Source: Eledone cirrhosa
Lineage: Eukaryota
Direction: 5' to 3'
Length of the DNA stretch: 64,000 nt
Assembly: GCA_964016885.1 (NCBI GenBank)
Contig: OZ024740.1
Location: 188,480,001-188,544,000, forward strand
The notes below the pieces were generated by a model. It did no database searches. It worked only from the letters and a program-made list of their open reading frames with translations, and was not told where the DNA came from. Below are positions 55,928 through 64,000 of the stretch, piece by piece (within the stretch, counting starts at the first letter, position 1; each line of letters starts with the position of its first letter). The translations under genes and the position numbers were made by a program.

Positions 55928-56108
55928 CATGTGAATGTGTGGTTTACCAGAGCTATGGTAATTCTAGAGGAAAATTCACTTCACCCAACTTCCCGGAGAC
56001 ATACCCTAGAAACATTAATTGCATTTTATATACCTTCATCGGTGACTTAGGAGAAATCATCGAACTATCATTTTTGGAGTTTGATTTAAAAATGCCAGGT
56101 CAAGACAG
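55928..56108 (+). CDS. Internal coding exon, N-terminal half of a CUB domain (SOL-1/suppressor-of-lurcher-like protein)
   Basis: Polypyrimidine tract and TTTTACAG acceptor, AG|GTAAGG donor, phases 1 and 2. Peptide CECVVYQSYGNSRGKFTSPNFPETYPRNINCILYTFIGDLGEIIELSFLEFDLKMPGQD has the CUB G.FTSPNFP..YP....C and I.L.F..FDL motifs. The CILYTF variant recalls SOL-1 CUB1 (from memory). Confidence 0.92.
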
Positions 56109-56199
56109 GTAAGGAGTGAAATATTCAAATTTATATATCAACTATACCACTTCTAACACTAATAAATTTGTTTTCATATATATATAAGTGCTCACAATA

Positions 56200-56469
56200 T
56201 TGTATGTATGTATATGAATATGTGTATGTATGTATATGAATATATGCGTATGTATATGCATGTGTGTATATATATATATATGTATATGTATATATGTGTG
56301 TGTATATATAAATGTGTATATATGTGTGTGTGTATATATAAATGTGTATATATATATATATGTGTAAATATGTGTGTGTATATATATGTGTATATATGTG
56401 TGTGTATCTATATGTGTATATATGTGTGTGTATCTATGTGTATATATGTGTACGTATATATATGTGTGC

Positions 56470-56520
<51 letters not shown>
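56200..56520. repeat. (TA)/(TG) compound microsatellite
   Basis: Seen directly. Confidence 0.95.
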
Positions 56521-56522
<2 letters not shown>

Positions 56523-57063
56523 ATAAACAATTCTTATATATATTTACTATTCTAACATGATCTAGCTAATCTCATATACAAAAAAAGAATACTATTCATC
56601 TATTTGTTGATGTTCATTCAGTGTTATATGTAATGAAGAGACTATGAATTTTCTGCTAATACATTTTCTGCTTTTAACTTATATATATATTTTGATGTCT
56701 TTTCTTCATTGTCATAATGGAAAATGACTGTTTCTTAGCTTGCGGGATACTTAATTACTTTCTTATATGCTCCAACACAAAAGTAAAAGTTCAAAAATTT
56801 CTCATGTATTTTCTCATGTTTATATGTATATAATTACTGTTTTATCATTTTATTTTTTGTCTGTTTTGAAAATGTATTTATGTGTTAATGAAGCATTGTG
56901 ATTTAGATTTAGTTTCAGGCTGTATAATCTAAGGCACATGAAGTAGAGAACTATTGATGAAGCACAGGCTTCTTTGAAGCAAGCAAATTTAGTACCAGTT
57001 TGCATTAATGTTTATGTATAGATCTGTAGATGTGTGTCTATGAACACCTTTATAGATGAATGA

Positions 57064-57108
<45 letters not shown>

Positions 57109-57356
57109 TACATATATATATAGATATTGAGCTTGTTTATTGAGAAGCACGAAAATCAAACATATTTGATGTTTTGATTCCTCATATTTACATATACGTA
57201 TATATTTATATATATATATATATATGCACGCATTGGTTGGAAATATGTGTGTATTTGTATGAATGGGCATGTATCCATATACATATTGCTATAAATCTGT
57301 ATGTGTTTCTGTGTGTGTGTCTATTAATCTAATAATCTATCTATCTCTCTGTTTGT

Positions 57357-57407
<51 letters not shown>

Positions 57408-57447
57408 TCTCTTTCTCTCTCTTTATATATATATATATACATGTGTT

Positions 57448-57628
57448 GAGCCCCGACATGGACACACTGGAAGAGGAAGACCAAGGTTAACGTATGTTGA
57501 TGCCCTAAGGACAGACACTGGTCTGTTGGATCCACAGGACATGGCAGCGATAATGAGGGACAGAGACCGCTGGAGAGAACTCGTCCATGGATCTCGGGAA
57601 TTTTACCCGCCCTAGATAGATAGATAGC
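57448..57628 (+). mobile_element. 5'-truncated RTE-like LINE with (TAGA)n tail and TSD
   Basis: EPRHGHTGRGRPRLTYVDALRTDTGLLDPQDMAAIMRDRDRWRELV...*; TSD TACAYGTGTT at 57438-57447 and 57629-57638. Confidence 0.85.
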
Positions 57629-57991
57629 TACACGTGTTATAAACTGTTGACTAACTAGGGTTGCCATCATGCAACAGCCAGCATGATTTCATCAGACAGC
57701 ATCTTAAGTATTAAGGTTGTCTTCTCACATTTCTAAGCAGTGCAGGCTATCAACAAGGAGAGGGACGAATTTCATGCTGGTCCTATGAGAGTCCATCTTG
57801 ATAGATCTTATTGCCTTAAAATTGTTACATAGAAACCTTACTATTTAAAATGCTGTCTGATGTCATAATACTATTGACTGCATGATTACACCATTACGTA
57901 ATTATTAAAGCCACAGAAATATGTCTACAGCAGATTATGGATAAAATAAATTATGAATATCTACAGCTGACCCTTCCAATTATCATTACTT

Positions 57992-58048
<57 letters not shown>

Positions 58049-58249
58049 ATATTTGGGGAGGGTCATATTTGCGTAATATTGCCAGAATTAATAACAGAAC
58101 ACACTCACTGTTTGGTTGGTTTTCGCTTCTCGCTGTCTTTTATATATATATATCTGCGATCTAACTTACTCGGTCCTCAATGTTGCCATTGACTGACCGG
58201 CGGTCAAAAATAATACAGATACAATATAGACAAACACATATATATATAG

Positions 58250-58292
58250 TTTACATAAATCTTTCGTTGCACATCTGCAACATCGTCAGTGG
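58250..58292 (-). ncRNA. Hammerhead core with perfect stem II, in an insert between TA tracts
   Basis: Minus strand CTGACGA-T-GTTGCA-GATG-TGCAAC-GAAA; stems I and III are not convincing. Confidence 0.55.
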
Positions 58293-58321
58293 TGTTATAT
58301 TCATTGTTCCTCCTGTTGTGT

Positions 58322-58383
<62 letters not shown>

Positions 58384-58384
58384 T

Positions 58385-58733
58385 GGAGGTACATGGCTTA
58401 GTGGTTAGAGTATTGGGCTTGCAATTGTAAGGTTATGAGTTCAATTCTCAGACCGGGTGTTGTGTTGTTTCCTTGAGCAAGACACTTTATTTCACATTGC
58501 TCCAGTTTACTCAGCTGTAGAAATGAGATGATAGGAGTGGGGTCCCTATCATTCCATTGCAAAGTGGACGTGTAGGCGCCACGGAAAAAAGCACCCAGCA
58601 CTCACTGTAAATGAGGTTGGTGTTAGGAAGGGCATCCAGCTGTAGAAATCAAGCCAGAATCAGTTCCCGTCCTACCCATGCAAGCAGCGAAATGCGGACG
58701 TAAAATGATGATGATGATGATGATGATGATGAT
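58385..58733 (+). mobile_element. tRNA-derived SINE family B, full length
   Basis: A box TGGCTTAGTGG, B box GAGTTCAATTC, core, and RTE-like tail ending (GAT)n. Confidence 0.92.
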
Positions 58734-58738
58734 ATATA

Positions 58739-58900
58739 TATAAAACAAAGAGGGTGTGGTAAGATACCAGGTGGACCATTACGCATCAGAGTATTCAACA
58801 CTTAGGCTGAGCTCTGACTGTTTCGACAGCTAGGTCTGAAGTAAATTTAGTTTGGATCTAGCTGTCGAAACAGCCGGAGCTCAGCTGTCAGGGTCCTGAA
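58739..58900 (-). mobile_element. Foldback element homologous to 4936-5160
   Basis: Tail GTGGTAAGATACCAGGTGGACCATTACGCATCAGAGTATTCAACACTTAGG; IR 58806-58885; GAAA-CAGC-CGGAGCTCA-GCTG-TC at 58867-58889. Confidence 0.72.
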
Positions 58901-60884
58901 TCTTTTTCACTTAGATATGTTTGTATGGTTGTGGAAATTTTATAAGTACATGCATATATATAGATATGTATTTAAATTTGAACTACATTTACTGGTGCAT
59001 TAAACACACAGTATTTATAATACCCTGCTATTTTATACCCCTTTGTTTGATATATCAATAGCATCCACTTAACACCCATTATAGCTTTAACAATGTTATG
59101 AATCTGCTTCAATAGACAAACCCAGAATAATCCATTGTAGTAATTATCAACAGTGTCAATTGGTAGTACATATTGATTGGATGAGTCAAATTACTTACAA
59201 AGCTTCTATGTCTGATAAAAACACAATGTCAAACTTATTTGCAAGTTGTTGCTACCATCATACTCACATCTGAAAATTGACATATTTTCACATTGAGATG
59301 TGTAAAAAAAAAAGAAAAGAAAAAGAAATTATCGATAAATGATCATTCAGAATTACAAGAATGTGTGAAATTGTGTGTTAGTGGGTGTCTTTATGTTCAT
59401 ATATGCTTGTATTTATATATTTGTTTTTGACATGAATAACCATTATTTTATTTGCTATTCAGGCTTTAGTAAAACATTTACTAAATCTGAAAAATCAGCA
59501 TTTTTACATAGACGTTATAAAAGAGCTTATTACCAGTATATTATTTAATCACAATTTAAACTTTTATGAGGAAACTTCACCAGAATTCTTTCAAGTGCTG
59601 TATTAATGGAATCTTCTTCAGACTTCGACTATTTGAACCTCACTCACTTTCTGACTGTTGTTCTTGCTATAAGAAAGTCAATAATGTAACAGTTTAACAC
59701 AACTAACATTGTAAATCATACTTCTTTATATAGTTCTCATTGAAATATGGATTAAGACTACCTCATTACTATTACGAGCATGTTTCCCTGCTCAATATCA
59801 ACAATTATGTATTACCCTACTCTTTCTCAGCACATATCAATGCAGATTGTTCTGAAAATTATTTAATCCACTAAACATACCTTAATGTGAAATTACATCA
59901 GGCACACTCTTCATTACTTTAATAACTATCTCACTTATTTTAAACTGTACTCACTCTTTGAAACAGACACCTTGAAATTATCTGTCAATGGTGACATGAA
60001 AACCTAGTTTCCTGAAACTGCATTGTATAGTCACTAATCTCATTAAACAATGTTATAACATTATACCTGCCTTACTCATAAAACAATGCACAGTTGAAAA
60101 CCTGAATTTACTACAAATGCTTGACCTCAGAGTTTTTAATGTTGCTTCATCATAATCATACATTTATAATATATCACAGGCTGCACCCAAAATACTGAGC
60201 AGCTTTTTAAAAGCTAGAAAATTTTGAACACTTGAACAGTTACTGCACCATAGCAGGATAGAAGTGTTTCCCACATTAGAGTACTATCTCCATGTCTGAG
60301 AAGTTGCAGATGCTACACACACATTTTAGACCACATCTAGAAACAGAAGGTAACTTGATTCACAGGCAGACCTGCAGACCTTCACTTAACAAAACTCGAC
60401 AATCACAAACCCCAAAGTAAAATGTGTCTCACTATCTTCTCATTTATCTCGACTATACAAATTTTATTTTATCTTAGCAAACATCTCTATTTCAAAATGT
60501 ACCTGGTTCTACTTCCCTTATAATCTCTATTTTGTATAACAATCTAACCTTATAATAAACACTTATACAAGAATTAAAGCACCCTTCCTCTAGCCTGAAA
60601 TAACAGCCCATGTATTATATGAGCTATGTTTAACGATGTCTTCCTGAATATGGGTAAAACCTAAATCCAGAGGGAGATTACTATTATTACATATTCTATG
60701 TTTTTAATCTATAACATATTATTTGTATTATTCCAACATAATGTAAGCTACTGAATTACTTATGAATTAACTAGCCCTTTAATGCTTTATATCTATATAT
60801 CACAATATGTTAACTAAATATAATATAAACATAGAAATATGTTAGGATTTCTTTGAAAATAATCAATTAGTATACATGTAAAAT

Positions 60885-61071
60885 AATTGTTTCTACTTTA
60901 GGCACAATGCCAGCAATTACCCAGTGCATTACTGGTACTTTATTCTATCGACCCCGTAAGGATGAAAGGCAAAGTCAACCTCGGCGGAATTTGAACTCAG
61001 ATCGTAAAGGGACTTAACTATGCTGGAAAGCATGGCGTCCGACCCTCTACCGATACTGCCTATCCACCGCC
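60885..61071 (-). mobile_element. SINE family A, full length, with 19-bp TSD
   Basis: TSD AGTATACATGTAAAATAAT at 60869-60887 and 61075-61093. Confidence 0.92.
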
Positions 61072-61699
61072 CTAAGTATACATGTAAAATAATAGCAAAT
61101 TTGAATGTGTGTAGCAAGCTGTTATGCTTAAGAGAAGATTAGCAACTCTTCTTAGGCAAGTTAATTATAATGTTTTCCAGTTACTGATTGGAGGGAAAAT
61201 GAGAGAGTCGAAATTTCCATTAGAATGCACATATGGAGAGAAATGCACTTAAGACAGTACTTGGATTATTCAGTGTTACACAAGATAGTTCTAAATGCTG
61301 GATCACTATGTTTATCTGCCAAGCACTGGTTTGTTTCAATCCAAAATGTTTCTGTGCAGCATGTACACTATACCATATGTGAGCAGCATTTTAGTATGTA
61401 GTGAAGGGCCTTAAGTATTTTCCCCCATTAAACATAACTCTTAAGAGACTTTGCTGTAGTAATATGCAGTTTCTCAACAGAACATTTTATAAATGAATAT
61501 ATTTAATTTGAATATTAGAAATTACCATCATTATCATCATCATTATCATTTAATCCCCCTTTTCTCCATTAGTAATTTATATCAGAGAATTATGGTGGAT
61601 TTTCCTGCAAAAGGGAATATGACATAAAACAATTGGATTTAGTGATAAGTACCCACAAGCTGCCTCAAATCATTTTAAAAAATTCAAAGAGAGCCTCAG

Positions 61700-62530
61700 A
61701 ATGATAAAAATATTTTCAAAGCCGGATCAAAATACCAATGCATTTCGTTTAGATAACATCCCTCTCTGAAATGGGCCTAGTTTCACATTCTCGTAGGAAT
61801 GCAGAATCTTCCTGAGAATCGTTTTCCATGCACATATTGTTTATAGAACAAATGATCTTCTACTCAACCAAAGGCATCAATATTCTTGATCTATGCTTTA
61901 CAGATAATGCACAACTCATCCATAATGTGCAGGTGACACCTATAATCCTCCCTGGCCGTTGTAGATTTAATAAAGTATAATCTAAAATTACACCACCCAG
62001 CACATCAACCAGAAGCAATCCAACTCTGACCAGCCTTAATTCCCATTAATCTCACTAGAATCAATCTAGAAAGAGAACTACAAATTGAATTGACACAAAT
62101 TATATCTATACAAGACAATGACATACAACTGGAACAACTTATGTTAAGAATGCCAACAATATGAATAATATATATATAAATGCGAGAAAGAGAGATAGAG
62201 AGAGGATGGAATTAACAAAAATATCATTCCCAGAAATGGCAACAAATCTCTTTTGATGAAGAACAACGGTCTCAAGTTGCTTAAATGGACAAACCACTGA
62301 CAGGAAAAACGTTGACTAAGAATATAATAAATATCAAAAATATTAAAGTATAACAAAATGTTCCACTAAAATAAGAACAATAAAAGGAAGAAATGATATA
62401 GAAAATATAAAGAACACTAAAGTTTTCAATAGATTTACAAAAGGAACAGCATCAATGTATTATGAAATATGACCCTCGTTTTAAACAAATAATTCCATTA
62501 ATGCAAAACCATCAAAAGATGAATTACTGA
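61700..62530 (+). mobile_element. Decayed CR1/L2-like LINE endonuclease-linker fragment
   Basis: FIEQMIFYSTKGINILDLCFTDNAQLIHNVQV (from 61840) matches the PTRG.NILDL.FT motif at the end of the APE domain; boundaries approximate. Confidence 0.65.
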
Positions 62531-62544
62531 ATAAACAATTCTTT

Positions 62545-62850
62545 CTTTTATTCATTTACTTGTTTCATTCAATAGATTGTGGCCATGCTGGGGTACCACC
62601 TTTATTTAGTTGCTCATATTGACTCTCCCAGTACTTATTCTTGAAGTTTGGTAGTTATTCATTTCTTATTTGTTAAACTACTAAGTCATTGGACATAAAA
62701 CTCCCACACATACACTATAGGTTTCACAGTTACTCTCTGCCAAATTCCACTCAAAAGACATTGGGTGATCTGAGGTTACAGTAGATGACATTTACCTTTG
62801 TTGCCATGCAGTGAGAATGAACCCAGAATCTACTGGTTGTGAAGCAACAA
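62545..62850 (-). mobile_element. Decayed SINE (family C)
   Basis: TTACTTGTTTCATTC...GTGGCCATGCTGGGGTACCACC...CCAAATTCCACTCA. Confidence 0.55.
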
Positions 62851-64000
62851 CAGAAAATGTCATTGATTTTGCCTGTGATGATGACCACCCCCAAAAGCCA
62901 CATCCTCAGTATGGTCGCATTTGAATAGGTCTTCACTATTCTACTTCTACACATGCAAATTGATAAGCAGATAAATTCTTCAACCTGGCAACTTTGCACA
63001 AAGAAGTGGCATCTATCAATTATATGAATATAAAACAGGAAATATTTGGCAATCTTATTAGATTTCCTCAGCTAAACATATTTATTTCAGTTGGATTGAC
63101 TTAGTATGATCAAATTTAAATAGAGAGAGGAAGGGGTAGTAGCTACATTGAATATGTATATTAAATAACCCGTACAAAAAAATTCCCCAAGACAACATTA
63201 TATATATATATATATATTAAGGGAACATATATATATATATATAGATATATATACGCACATCATGCAGGATGGCCCTCGGGGCATTTTTCTTGTATGGATT
63301 ACATATATAAAGCAGTCAGTGGTATTTTCTATATAGTCCAGAGGACACACAGTCACCATTGTGACTCTCCAACCCATGACACAGCACTTCTAAGATACGA
63401 TAATTAGAGGGAAAATGAGTTCTACATGATCACTAGTTACTATTTATATATATTTATGTGTCCATCCAACCCTTACAAGTATGGAAAAATTTAGATGTAA
63501 TAGGTTGATGTACATGTAGAAAGATATAGGAAGAGACATATATTATATGTATATTTTCTTTCATTGATTGCTTATTTTGCTAACATCTAATTTAAACCTT
63601 TTTAATTTCCCAGTTTTCTTATTGTTCTTTTACCAGAAAACTACCAGTATAAGGTTCTGTCTGACTCCAAAAAGTAACCTAGTTATAATTTTAAGTAGCA
63701 TTTATTTTTGAAAATATCACATAATTCTTATACAGTGGAAGAATGAAAACAATTGAAGTTGAATAAAGTCTTTGGATTACTTTTCAACTTGACTTTGCAC
63801 ATTATTCCATCAAACAAACATTCCTAACATCAACTTACAATGGAATTGTTTTCAGAATTATTCTTCTCATATATTCCCATTGTATTAATGGATTCAGAAT
63901 TTCAGAACAATCAACATATAGCCAACCACTGTGCAAGGGACAAGAGGAAGATATTTTGGCCTTTACCTCATGAGAGAGCTACACACTTCTTTACAAATAT

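Noticed and set aside
55906-56112. 68-aa ORF as a standalone gene
   Set aside because: It starts inside the polypyrimidine tract and stops just after the donor site; the real unit is the spliced exon 55928-56108.
58385-58460. tRNA gene
   Set aside because: The A and B boxes belong to a SINE head continuing into core and tail; no proper cloverleaf is evident.
59560-60650. Possible ancient LINE on the plus strand
   Set aside because: Only compositional skew; no translatable motif that I can support.

Overview
AT-rich, microsatellite-dense animal genomic DNA; the SINE/RTE repeat landscape looks like an octopus genome (judged from pattern memory, not a search). Nearly all long ORFs in the track are translations of (TA)n/(TATG)n arrays. 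The only host coding sequence I can support is one 181-bp spliced exon (55928-56108, +) encoding the N-terminal half of a CUB domain that resembles SOL-1 (suppressor of lurcher), so most of the window is probably very large intron. The rest is transposon debris: tRNA-derived SINEs, RTE and CR1-like LINE fragments, mariner remnants and a non-autonomous Helitron. The most interesting signal is a dispersed set of short inserts in or beside microsatellites. Some carry Penelope-type hammerhead ribozyme (HHR) cores, several with a very long stem II and mostly antisense to the CUB exon. Others are 'hairpin + single-copy tail' foldbacks that keep only the 3' half of a hammerhead. A TATTGAGTAC tail motif links the two forms, suggesting snap-back reverse-transcription products of a ribozyme-bearing retroelement.
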